64,000 bases of DNA from IMG/VR virus record IMGVR_UViG_3300025581_000001, positions 56,727 through 120,726 of that record. One strand, written 5' to 3'. The number at the start of each line of letters is the position of its first letter. The stretch's first letter is position 1. The notes under the pieces were generated by a model. The model saw nothing but the letters and a program-made list of their open reading frames with translations. It was not told where the DNA came from and ran no database searches. The DNA is from a virus. Shown one piece after another: positions 26,857-35,687 of this stretch. The position numbers and the translations under genes are program-made.

Positions 26857-27928
26857 GTGAAGGGCTGCGGAAGAAAAATCGGGCCTTACAAGTGCTGCAC
26901 CGTAGTGCAAGGTGACTGGATGGACGTGCTTCGCAGGTTGCCAAGCGAGAGCGTGCAGTGCGTGGTGACCAGTCCGCCTTATTGGGGCTTGCGTGATTAT
27001 GGAACGGCGGTTTGGGAAGGAGGCGACCCGAAATGCAAACATCGTGGAAGTGTAGTACTTGCCGACCGCGCGAGCGCTAAAAGTCATAAGCAGAGAAGCA
27101 ACAAAAGGTGCGAACAGTGTGTTCGCAGGTGACTGTCGATGTGGTGCTCGTCGCGTAGATAATCAGCTCGGTCTGGAGCGAACGCCGGAAGAGTACGTGG
27201 CCAAGATAGTCGCAGGCTTTCACAAGGTGCGACGGGTGCTGCGCAGCGATGGGACGTGCTGGTTGAACTTGGGTGATAGCTACTACAACTACCGGCCGGG
27301 AGCGACTGCTTATGTTGCGCAGAGTCTTTCCAAGAAGAACCTGCGAGACATGCCCAGTCAGTGCGCGAAGCGCTCGGAGCAAATTGTTGGACTCAAGGAA
27401 AAAGACCTTGTTGGCATTCCGTGGATGACAGTCTTTGCCTTGCGCGCCGAAGGTTGGTATTTGCGGCAGGACATCATCTGGTCAAAGCCTGCGCCTATGC
27501 CAGAAAGCGTTCGTGATCGTTGTACTAAGGCGCATGAGTATATTTTCCATTTGACAAAATCGAGGAAGTACTTCTGCAATATGGGAGCGATTGCAGAACC
27601 CCTGCGAAATCGACGTTCTGTATGGACGATAGATACCAAGGGTTATAATGAAGCGCACTTTGCTACGTTTCCGCCAGAGCTTCCGACGCTTTGTATTAAG
27701 GCCGGTACTGAAAGGAAGGGACTAGTGCTTGATCCATTTGCCGGAGCAGGAACCACCTTGCTTATGGCGAAGAAATTGGGCCGACACTTCCTTGGAATTG
27801 AACTTAGTGAAGAGTACTGCCGGATGTTAACCAAGCGGCTGGCGAAGGTTGAGCCGATGCCCCACATGAAGAATCCACGCAAGCCCAACAACAGCCAGTT
27901 CGAGTACTTCAACGTGTTGGAGGACTAA
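26857..27928 (+). pseudogene. N4-cytosine-type DNA methyltransferase 3, split by a +1 frameshift near 27103-27106
   Basis: First frame has VTSPPYWGLRDYG; second frame has QLGLERTPEEYV, HFATFP, DPFAGAGTT. Removing one A from ACAAAAG joins them as KQRSNK-GANSVF. Confidence 0.8.
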
Positions 27929-30786
27929 TGCCACAGTTTGAAAACCTCCTCGGAATTGAACCACCCAAGTCACAGAAGCTGACCGGCGAGCACCGGGGCT
28001 GCGACTACTGCCCGGCGCGCAAGACGTGGCCGTACGGTATCAAGCCAGTGATGGGCACAGTCACTGGCACCAAAGACATCATGTGCATCGCGCAGAACCC
28101 CGGCAAGGATGAGAACGAGGAGGGGCGTGAACTTGTCGGGCCAAGTGGTAAGTTCTGGTGGGATGCACTGCGCAAGGTCGGTATCAAGCGCAGCGACTGC
28201 GATATCCAGAACGCGGTGCGCTGCTGGGTGGTGGAAAAGGACGAGGATGGACATCTGGTAGGCAAGAGTCTGAAAGCTACCGACAAGGAAGTGCACTGCT
28301 GTTCGGTCTACACCGAAGATGCGCTGAAGAAGTCACGGGCCAAGCTGTACCTGATAATCGGGCAGGTCGCCGCCAAGCAGGTGCTGGGCAATGAATGGAC
28401 AAAGGGCAGGCCGCAGTTGTTCTACTCTGACAAGTTGGGAGCGAGAGTAGCAATACTTGACCATCCAGCATACTTCCTGCGAGGTGGTGGCTGGGGCCAG
28501 CGGCGCAAGCAGTTCCACAAGATGCTGCGGGTGGTTGCCCACGAGTTGAAACATCCGGCACCCAAGGGGCTGGAGCGGTTCCACATACTCGGCCAGCAGG
28601 AATACATCAAGGTGCAGAGCTACGCGCAAGCGCTGCAAGCCAAGAAGGAACTAGAGCATGCACCCGGACGAGTGTCGTGCGACGCTGAATGGGACGACGG
28701 CAAGATGCTGGTCTATGGCTTCTGCCCCAAGCCGGGCCGCAGCTTGGTGTTCGTGCTCGACCACAAGGAAAACCTGAAGAATCCCGACCGTGACGCGGTG
28801 CGCGAAGTCGTCTGCGAAATCCTGCTGAATCCGAAAATCAGGAAAATCTTCGCACACGGCTCCGGCGACGTGAACGAGACCAAGAAGATGCTGGGGGTCA
28901 AGGTCAAGGGCTACGACTTCGATGCCGAGTACGCGGCCTACTTCTACGATTCCAGCATGAACTCGTTTGCTGTGGATACCTGGGCGGCAATGTGGTGGCC
29001 AGAGTTTACCGGCTACAAAGAGGTGGTGATGCCCGAGGCTGCTCCCGAGGGCATGGATTATAAGCGCGGGCGCAAGACCGGCAAGCTGCGCTACGGCAAC
29101 GTGCCACTGTCCAAGCTGGTGCCCTACAATGGCGCGGACTGCGACATTCCCAAGCGGGTTGAGCTGAAGGTCAGGAAGCACATACCGATGCCGCTGCTGC
29201 GGGTGTACATGGATGCGGCGTTCGTGGTCGACCGCATGGAGAAGGACGGCCCACTGCTCGACCGCAAGCACGTCGAGGTGATGAAGAAGATCTTCCCGGT
29301 GCGCTGGAACCACTACCGTGAGCAGTTGCGGCAGATGGCTGCCGACCCGAACTTCAATCCCAACTCACCTAAGCAGCTGAAGCCGATGTTGTATGAGCAC
29401 TTCAAGTTTGACTGCCCAGTCGAGCTGGAGCGGGGCCGCGAGGTCAAGCGCTGGTCGACCGACCAGGACACCGTGAAGTGGATAATTAGTGAGACCAATC
29501 ATGAGTTCCCCAAGACGCTGCAGCTGTTCAAGGCGGCGAACACGATTGTGTCGAAGTCGCTTAACAGCTATGAGAACTCTGCCAACAAGCACGGCGGGGC
29601 GCTGCAGACCATCTGGTGGCTGACCGGGGCCATCACCGGGCGCTTGCGCTCCGGTTCCGGCATCATGGGTGCGGCCAAAGAGAACGGCATTGTTAACCTG
29701 CAGAACGTCGACCTCGACCCCATTGTGCAGAACATGCTGATTAGCGACCCACGTTGGTATGACCTGTTCGAGGAGTGGAAGCGCTCGCTGCAGTATGAAT
29801 GGAAGTGGAATAAAGTCTTTGCTAAAGACCCTAAGACCAAAGGCTATACCGCTGATGCGGTGGAGCTGCAGGAACTATTGCTGCGCAAGGAACGATTTAA
29901 CGCCAACGACTTCGACGACTTGGAAGTCTACTTGGCGCTCGATCACGGACAACTAGAAGTGCGAGTGCTGGGGCAGATGTCGCAAGACCCGGTCTATCAG
30001 CGCATCTTCGAGTCGGGCAAGGACGTGCACGTGATGTTCGGCGCGGAGCTGACCGGCTGGGCACCAGAGCGAATAGCCCACGACAAAGACACCCGCGTGG
30101 CAGTCAAGGGAGTGCACTTTGCAATCATCTATGGTAAGCAGCCTCGTGGGGTGTGGCAGCAGCTGAAAGAGAAGGGTGTGAAGATTACGCTGGCACGAGT
30201 CGAGGACTTGTTCAATGCATATTGGAGCAAGTTCAAGCGTGCACGGGCGCTGCTGGAGTCATTCAAGGAGGAGGCCGAGACCAAGCACTACGTGACCAAT
30301 CTGTTTGGCTTCCGACGTCCCATTGGTGGAGACGAGAAGCGGAGTACGTTCTCAGAAAATCAAGCCGTGAACTCGCCAATCCAAGGGACGGCTGGGCAGC
30401 TGCTGGTGATTGCGATGGCGCTGATGCAGCGCAAGCGCAAGACCTACAAGCTGCTGCAACGGCTGCGGCTGGAGATTCACGACAACAACACGTGGAGCAA
30501 CAAGCTGAAGCATGTGGGTGCGATGCTGCCGCTGGCCAATAAGCTGCTGTGCGGCGACACCCTGGATGTGGTGCACAATGAGTTTGGCATCAACTGGAAC
30601 GTGCCTCTGGTGTCGGAGGCGTCGGCGGGGTTCCGCATGGGCACCATGATCGACCTTAAGGGTGACGAGTTCAACAGGGATGACTTCGTAGGCCGCTGGT
30701 GCCTGAAGTGCCTCGACAACAACCTCGCGGTGGAGCGAGAACTTAAGAGTGTAGAGAAATTCGGTGGCGCGGCGTTTGTGGTCTGA
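27928..30786 (+). CDS. polA: Family A DNA polymerase with N-terminal family-4 UDG-like domain and 3'-5' exonuclease
   Basis: UDG: CDYC, AQNPG..E...GRELVGPSG, NAVRC, HPAY. Exo: CDAE, YNGAD. Pol: TGRL, NLQN, DHGQLEVR (A), RVAVKGVHFAIIYG (B), NSPIQGTA, IHD (C). Confidence 0.93.
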   Translation: MPQFENLLGIEPPKSQKLTGEHRGCDYCPARKTWPYGIKPVMGTVTGTKDIMCIAQNPGKDENEEGRELVGPSGKFWWDALRKVGIKRSDCDIQNAVRCWVVEKDEDGHLVGKSLKATDKEVHCCSVYTEDALKKSRAKLYLIIGQVAAKQVLGNEWTKGRPQLFYSDKLGARVAILDHPAYFLRGGGWGQRRKQFHKMLRVVAHELKHPAPKGLERFHILGQQEYIKVQSYAQALQAKKELEHAPGRVSCDAEWDDGKMLVYGFCPKPGRSLVFVLDHKENLKNPDRDAVREVVCEILLNPKIRKIFAHGSGDVNETKKMLGVKVKGYDFDAEYAAYFYDSSMNSFAVDTWAAMWWPEFTGYKEVVMPEAAPEGMDYKRGRKTGKLRYGNVPLSKLVPYNGADCDIPKRVELKVRKHIPMPLLRVYMDAAFVVDRMEKDGPLLDRKHVEVMKKIFPVRWNHYREQLRQMAADPNFNPNSPKQLKPMLYEHFKFDCPVELERGREVKRWSTDQDTVKWIISETNHEFPKTLQLFKAANTIVSKSLNSYENSANKHGGALQTIWWLTGAITGRLRSGSGIMGAAKENGIVNLQNVDLDPIVQNMLISDPRWYDLFEEWKRSLQYEWKWNKVFAKDPKTKGYTADAVELQELLLRKERFNANDFDDLEVYLALDHGQLEVRVLGQMSQDPVYQRIFESGKDVHVMFGAELTGWAPERIAHDKDTRVAVKGVHFAIIYGKQPRGVWQQLKEKGVKITLARVEDLFNAYWSKFKRARALLESFKEEAETKHYVTNLFGFRRPIGGDEKRSTFSENQAVNSPIQGTAGQLLVIAMALMQRKRKTYKLLQRLRLEIHDNNTWSNKLKHVGAMLPLANKLLCGDTLDVVHNEFGINWNVPLVSEASAGFRMGTMIDLKGDEFNRDDFVGRWCLKCLDNNLAVERELKSVEKFGGAAFVV

Positions 30787-30828
30787 AAATGCGGTAGCGG
30801 AATTTGTATCATGTAGTAGAGGAAGAAA

Positions 30829-31485
30829 ATGGCAAGAATGACGACAGCGGACTTGAAGGGCGACACTGCTCGCGGTGCTGCTTATAACTCACGACGCATG
30901 TTTAAGTTTGTCGACAAACAACATCGGACATCTGAGCAAGCGAAGCGTCGGCTTGAGCCACCAGCAGAAGATCGAGACTACGACATCGAGCTGCGCGACT
31001 ACCTGAAGCAGCCGGTGGACGTGTTGGCGCTCATCAAGAAGTTGGATTTCTCCGAGGAGGACTTCGAAGGTGCGGCGATGGAGCAGCCTGCGCTCTACTT
31101 GGATGCCGCACGGCTGCGGGTGCAGAAGATGCGCAAGCGGGCGCAGGCCAAGATTGCATCCGAGACCGAGAAGGCGCAGGCTCGCATCCGCATCCAAGGC
31201 ACGATTCAGGAGAAGAACGACCGCACGACGTTGAAGAAGACGGTGCGCATGGCGGAGCGGGCCTACGAGTACGCGCTGAGCGTCGAGGAGTTCTGCAAGG
31301 GTTTGATGCGGGCTTTTGAGGAGCGCGACAAGGCGATTGCGATTATCAAGGATGCGCGCTGGGCAGAGGCGGGCAACGTGGTGCGGCGGGTGAAGGAGAA
31401 GGAGGGCCGCGACTTGGCGCGGCGTGCGCAGCAGGACGTGCGGCAGCGGTACAGCAAGCTGCGGGAGGACGACGATGAAGATTGA
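30829..31485 (+). CDS. Helical protein, possibly a UvsY-like recombination mediator
   Basis: Coiled-coil composition; located between the polymerase and SSB. Confidence 0.4.
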   Translation: MARMTTADLKGDTARGAAYNSRRMFKFVDKQHRTSEQAKRRLEPPAEDRDYDIELRDYLKQPVDVLALIKKLDFSEEDFEGAAMEQPALYLDAARLRVQKMRKRAQAKIASETEKAQARIRIQGTIQEKNDRTTLKKTVRMAERAYEYALSVEEFCKGLMRAFEERDKAIAIIKDARWAEAGNVVRRVKEKEGRDLARRAQQDVRQRYSKLREDDDED

Positions 31486-31705
31486 AGAACTGAAAAGTGA
31501 ACTTCACAATTTGGTGGGAGTAGGTTTGGACGATGCACAACTTGCAGAAATTAAGGACAACGTGCAGTACATACTTGTGCTCCCCTCGTTGAGCAATTCG
31601 CAACTGAATGGGCTGCGCGATCGCATGGGCAAGACCTTTCCACGCATGGCGTTCTTGGCGCTTGCTGACCCCGAGAATGTGAAGTTGTTTGAGGTGAAGG
31701 AGTGA
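31475..31705 (+). CDS. Hypothetical protein
   Basis: MKIEELKSEL...; GGAGG RBS. Confidence 0.5.
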   Translation: MKIEELKSELHNLVGVGLDDAQLAEIKDNVQYILVLPSLSNSQLNGLRDRMGKTFPRMAFLALADPENVKLFEVKE

Positions 31706-31893
31706 CTCGGGAGATTGTCTACGGCATTTTCATATTGCTCGTGATGGCATGGGCATACGTACTGGTCGGCGCGCTTATCGAGGCGTCGCTGCGTGCGACT
31801 GGGACGCTGGTCGTCACGTACTACAAAGCAAAGCAAGAGTGGTTAACCGCACTGGACGTTTCGACGTCCAGAATAACTAAGGAGAAGGAATAA
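31702..31893 (+). CDS. Small membrane protein
   Basis: One TM helix; AAGGAG just upstream and GTGA overlap. Confidence 0.5.
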   Translation: MTREIVYGIFILLVMAWAYVLVGALIEASLRATGTLVVTYYKAKQEWLTALDVSTSRITKEKE

Positions 31894-33137
31894 TGAGTTG
31901 GAAAGACACAGCAAAGCAACAGATGGTGAAAGCAGGCACGGGCAAGCGGTTCAAGTTGCAGAAGGGTGACAACAACCTGCGCGTGCTGCCGACCAAAGAT
32001 CACAAGGGCGACGAGGAGCCATCGGTATTCCACCCCTTCAATGTCCACCCCAACGTGGGGCCGGAGAAGCGCTGGCCGACCTGCGGCAAGGACGCCAATG
32101 GCAAGGGCCGTTGCTACACCTGCGACAAGAAGATTCCCAAGCTGGAAGCATCCAGCAGCCGCTCCGACCGCAAGCGGGCCGAGGACTCCAAGCCCATCGA
32201 GCAGCTGAAAATCCAGGTGGCCAGCTACAACCCCGAGGCCGAGAAGTTCAGCGGGCCGTTCCCGCTCGACCTGAAGGGCGGCGGTGCGGACTCGATCAGC
32301 TTCCGCATCCTGAAGGCGCTGCAGAACCCCAAGAAGGATTGCGTCGACCCCCGCCACGGTCACAACATCGGCATCGAGGCCACAGGCGACAACCTGTCGC
32401 GCCGCTACTCATCGCCGGTCATTGACGACGACGAGACGATAGTGCCCAAGAGCATCTTGCTCGCCATGAAGACGTTCGACGAGCTGATTCCCAAGTACTC
32501 GGAGCAGGCACACATTGACGCGTGGTCGACCCGCGCCCGCGACGAGGAAGAGGACTACGACGAGCCGGAAGAGGACGAGGAAGAGGAAGAAGAACGTCCC
32601 AAGAAGAAGGGCAAAGCTGTCGTCGAAGACGGTGATGAAGTGGAAGAAGTCGACGAGGAAGAAGACGAGCCTGCTCCCAAGAAGAAGCGCAAGGTCGTCG
32701 AGGACGAGGACGAAGAGGACGCCGAGGAAGAGGAACCGGCTCCCAAGAAGAAGAAGCGTCTAGCACCCGTCGAGGACGAGGACGAAGAGGAAGTCGAAGA
32801 AGAAGATGAAGAAGAGGAGCCAGCTCCCAAGAAGAAAGCCAAGGTCGTCGCTGAGGACGATGATGAGATCGATCCCGAATATGACAACATGGATGAGGAA
32901 GATGAGTCTGCGTCGAAGAAGAAGCGCAAGGTAGTCGAAGAAGAAGATGAAGAAGAGGAGCCCGCTCCCAAGAAGAAAGCCAAGAAGCCTCCGGTCGAGG
33001 AAGACGATGAAGAGGACGAGCCGGAAGACGACCCCGACCTGCCCGAGGAAGATGATGTGCCGGAAGACGAGGAAGAGGAACCAGCTCCCAAGAAGGTGAC
33101 TAAGAAGTCTGCGCTCAAGAAGAAAGTGCGGCGCTAA
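31893..33137 (+). CDS. Single-stranded DNA-binding protein (gp32-like) with a very long acidic/basic repeat tail
   Basis: FKLQKGDNNLRVLP, H...C...CYTC zinc ligands, DPRHGHNI; C-terminal ~200 aa of EEEEPAPKKK repeats. Confidence 0.75.
   Translation: MSWKDTAKQQMVKAGTGKRFKLQKGDNNLRVLPTKDHKGDEEPSVFHPFNVHPNVGPEKRWPTCGKDANGKGRCYTCDKKIPKLEASSSRSDRKRAEDSKPIEQLKIQVASYNPEAEKFSGPFPLDLKGGGADSISFRILKALQNPKKDCVDPRHGHNIGIEATGDNLSRRYSSPVIDDDETIVPKSILLAMKTFDELIPKYSEQAHIDAWSTRARDEEEDYDEPEEDEEEEEERPKKKGKAVVEDGDEVEEVDEEEDEPAPKKKRKVVEDEDEEDAEEEEPAPKKKKRLAPVEDEDEEEVEEEDEEEEPAPKKKAKVVAEDDDEIDPEYDNMDEEDESASKKKRKVVEEEDEEEEPAPKKKAKKPPVEEDDEEDEPEDDPDLPEEDDVPEDEEEEPAPKKVTKKSALKKKVRR
32540..33125 (+). repeat. Coding tandem repeats encoding (D/E)n-PAPKKK
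   Basis: GCTCCCAAGAAG recurs five times, plus degenerate copies (RPKKK, SASKKK). Confidence 0.85.
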
Positions 33138-33240
33138 CGAAGGTTCGTGCGACTGCGACATGATACCTGAAGTGCTATCAGATTCTGGGCGCGAAGAGAA
33201 ATGCTGAGAGACTCGCCTCGTTAGCCCTTCAGTCGCACGA
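33133..33240 (+). ncRNA. Candidate structured RNA/pseudoknot after the SSB gene
   Basis: 11-bp perfect pairing 33145-55/33230-40, crossing 8-bp pairing 33133-40/33218-25, and an internal TGATA/TATCA hairpin. Confidence 0.4.
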
Positions 33241-33253
33241 TTAAGGTTGCCCT

Positions 33254-33556
33254 ATGGAAACATGCAAAACAGAACGTAAGTACTATTATAAGGACGTGCC
33301 GGGGCTGGGCAACGTGGCGGTCAGCCGCCATGCCCAGTTCCGCATGGACGAGCAGGGCATCCCCGAGACATCATTTGAGCGGGCGCTGCTGACCCCGGTG
33401 GGTGGCGACACGCCTGATGGCATCGGGATACGCTGGCGTGAGCGCGACGGGGTGCGGCTGGTCATCATGGAGAGGCCGGAGCCGTGGCGCGGTGCGATGC
33501 TGGTGAAGACAGTGCACCGCGTGCTGGCAGCATTTGAACTGAAAGGGAAGGCATGA
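33254..33556 (+). CDS. DUF4258-like (RelE/BrnT-like fold) protein
   Basis: VSRHAQFRMDEQGI...LVKTV pattern. Confidence 0.55.
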   Translation: METCKTERKYYYKDVPGLGNVAVSRHAQFRMDEQGIPETSFERALLTPVGGDTPDGIGIRWRERDGVRLVIMERPEPWRGAMLVKTVHRVLAAFELKGKA

Positions 33557-33822
33557 ACCTGCAAGGTACGCATATTCTATTTATTGAATCTGGGCCTACT
33601 GGGAAGAAGACAGAAAGGTGGAATGTGTTTTCTAAATACGAGATAACTGAGAATGACTCGTTCGCTGGGCTTCTCGGTCAAGTGAAGTGGTTTGGCAGGT
33701 GGAGAAAGTACAGCTTCTTCCCGGTAATGGGTGCAATCTTCGAGGAGATTTGTTTGCGGGATATTGCTCAGTTTTGCGTCGACGCTACCAAAGAGCATCG
33801 CCAACGGAAGAAGGCTGCATGA
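33553..33822 (+). CDS. Conserved phage hypothetical protein
   Basis: KTERWNV...LGQVKWFGRWRKYSFFP.....FEEICLRDIA. Confidence 0.6.
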   Translation: MNLQGTHILFIESGPTGKKTERWNVFSKYEITENDSFAGLLGQVKWFGRWRKYSFFPVMGAIFEEICLRDIAQFCVDATKEHRQRKKAA

Positions 33823-34862
33823 TCACCAAGAAGAAAATCCGCAAGCTGACTCCGCAGCAGGAAGTCAAACTGTTGCAAAAAGCTCTTGGCTATGTTTGCT
33901 TTCAGGAAGATGAGACCTCGGTCTATGAGCATCTCGACTTGGGCAATCCCGACGCTAACGAACTGCTGGGCGACCGTGAGTTGGGTATGCGATGGGGTTG
34001 TATCGTTGAGTTGCACGGGCCGAACTCCTCTGGCAAGACGTGGTTGGCTACACGGATATCCGCCATCGCGCAGCAGCAGGACGAGCACGTGTACGTGGCC
34101 AAGGCCGACCTCGAAGGCAGCAACGACGACCGCTTCAATGAGAAGGTAGGCATCGACCTGCAGCGCTTCTACTTGTTCAAGGCGTCATTGGCGGTCTCGG
34201 TACAGGAGCTGGCCAAGATAGACGCCCTGCGTAAGAAGAAGGCGGAAGGCGGTAAGCTGACGACGTTGCAGGAAGAGAAGCTGGCCACGCCTCCCGAAGC
34301 CTACGAGCAGTCGGCGGAGCAGGTCTGTGATGAGATCGAGGCGTGGATAAAGTTCCGCCACGTCCGTGACCCGCGAGCCAAGATTGTGCTCATCATCGAC
34401 AGCGTGACTGGCATGCTGGTGTCGGAGGAGGACGAGGGCCATCTGTCCGACCAGAACATGCGCACCAAGGTTAGCCTTGCGTCGTTCCTGTCGTTGTTGT
34501 GCCGTCGTTGGGTGCGGCTGGCGTCGAACTACAAGGTCATCATGCTGTTCATCAACCAGGAGCGCGAGGCTCCGGGCGTGATGTACGGCAGCCCCATCCG
34601 CACTAGTGGTGGTAATGCACTGAAGTTTTATGCGGTGGTACGGGTGCGCATCCGGCGCTCTGGCAATGGCCGCATTTTGAAAGACAAGAAGATGATCGGG
34701 CTGCGCAGTATCCTGCTGAATGAGAAGAACAAGGTCGGAGGCCGCGAAGGTGGGGAGCTGGCCTTCAAGGGTTATCCACGCACAGGAAAGTGGTCGTGGA
34801 TAAGCAAAGAGCAGGCTGACAAGGAAAGTGCGGCTGGCAGGAAAGCGAAGGTGAAGAAATGA
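33819..34862 (+). CDS. recA: RecA/UvsX recombinase
   Basis: IVELHGPNSSGKT, LIIDSV, FINQ.RE.PGVMYGSP..TSGGNALKFYA.VR, KNKV. Confidence 0.92.
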   Translation: MITKKKIRKLTPQQEVKLLQKALGYVCFQEDETSVYEHLDLGNPDANELLGDRELGMRWGCIVELHGPNSSGKTWLATRISAIAQQQDEHVYVAKADLEGSNDDRFNEKVGIDLQRFYLFKASLAVSVQELAKIDALRKKKAEGGKLTTLQEEKLATPPEAYEQSAEQVCDEIEAWIKFRHVRDPRAKIVLIIDSVTGMLVSEEDEGHLSDQNMRTKVSLASFLSLLCRRWVRLASNYKVIMLFINQEREAPGVMYGSPIRTSGGNALKFYAVVRVRIRRSGNGRILKDKKMIGLRSILLNEKNKVGGREGGELAFKGYPRTGKWSWISKEQADKESAAGRKAKVKK

Positions 34863-35140
34863 TGTCAGTTTGGAAGTTTGAGTTTGAGATTAAAGACGGG
34901 CCGCAAGCTGTTGTGATGCCGATGGGCGCGCATCTGCTGTCGGTCGGAATGCAGCGAGATACGCTTTGCCTGTGGGCGTTTGTTGATACCGCAGCTGTGA
35001 CGGAGAAGCGATTCTTCGTTGTGCATGGAACCGGGCACCCAATTAAGTTGGGTGAGACCTATGTAGGTACTGCAATGCACGGTGCCTTGGTTTGGCACTT
35101 GTTTATGAGTTTGGGCTTAAAGGAGGCCAAGAATGGCTGA
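34859..35140 (+). CDS. Conserved phage hypothetical protein
   Basis: VWKF...MPMGAHLLSVGMQ...LWAFVD...HGTGH...YVGT...LVWHLF. Confidence 0.65.
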   Translation: MMSVWKFEFEIKDGPQAVVMPMGAHLLSVGMQRDTLCLWAFVDTAAVTEKRFFVVHGTGHPIKLGETYVGTAMHGALVWHLFMSLGLKEAKNG

Positions 35141-35200
35141 ACAGCAGAAACAGCAAGGCAAGGGGCGTCCGGCAGCGTCGGATGCGCCTACGGATGTGAT

Positions 35201-35687
35201 ATGAAGTGTCAGTTCTGTAAATGTCAGTTTTCACCTAAGACAAACTGGCAGAAGTTTTGTTCTCGTGCTTGCCGAAATGATGTTACGAAGCAAGCACGAG
35301 TTTGGAACGGCCAACGACGTTCAGAAGTTTTGCCTCAACTGTGTTCTTCTGCAGCAGGAGCAGTGAAACGAGTTAATTGTGGCGACTGACTTGATGCTGC
35401 GAGGTTACGATGTTTTTCACGCGATGAGTCCAAGTAGCTCCTGTGACTTGGTGGTAGTTATTAGTAAAAGCAGTATTAGAATTCAAGTGAGATCAGCTTA
35501 CATGAAAGCTGGTGGGCTACTCGGAGGCTTAAAGCCTCTTCCGAAGGATGCAGATAGGCAAGATGTCTTTGCTCATGTTTTTGGAGATAGTATTTATTAT
35601 GACCCTCCAATTTCAACGTGGGCTGACTTGAACAAGCAACATAAAGAGAAGGAGCAAAATGATGGCAAGCAAAAAAGAAATCATTAA
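35201..35687 (+). pseudogene. Zn-finger + PD-(D/E)XK homing-type endonuclease split by a +1 frameshift near 35366-35368
   Basis: CQFC...QKFCSRAC N-terminus. Removing one A from GTGAAACG gives GAVNELIVATDLMLRGYDVF...CDLVV...IRIQVRS. The region looks AT-richer than its flanks. Confidence 0.65.

Noticed and set aside
22294-27928. Restriction-modification system
   Set aside because: No cognate restriction enzyme is present; the adjacent HNH matches free-standing homing endonucleases.
29740-29930. Intein or intron in the polymerase (extra segment before motif A)
   Set aside because: The segment is short, in frame, and lacks Hint motifs or intron hallmarks.
27928-30786. DpoZ / Z-genome or other base-replacement system
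   Set aside because: No PurZ, DatZ, MazZ, dUMP hydroxymethylase or 7-deazaguanine genes were recognised in this window; the motif changes alone are insufficient.
32555-33118. Ser/Phe-rich minus-strand ORF
   Set aside because: It is simply the reverse complement of the SSB acidic repeat tail.
33133-33240. Hammerhead, HDV-like or TPP assignment for the pseudoknot region
   Set aside because: CTGAGAG does not fit the hammerhead CUGANGA core, there is no room for an HDV P4/J4-2 element, and the other TPP motifs are missing.
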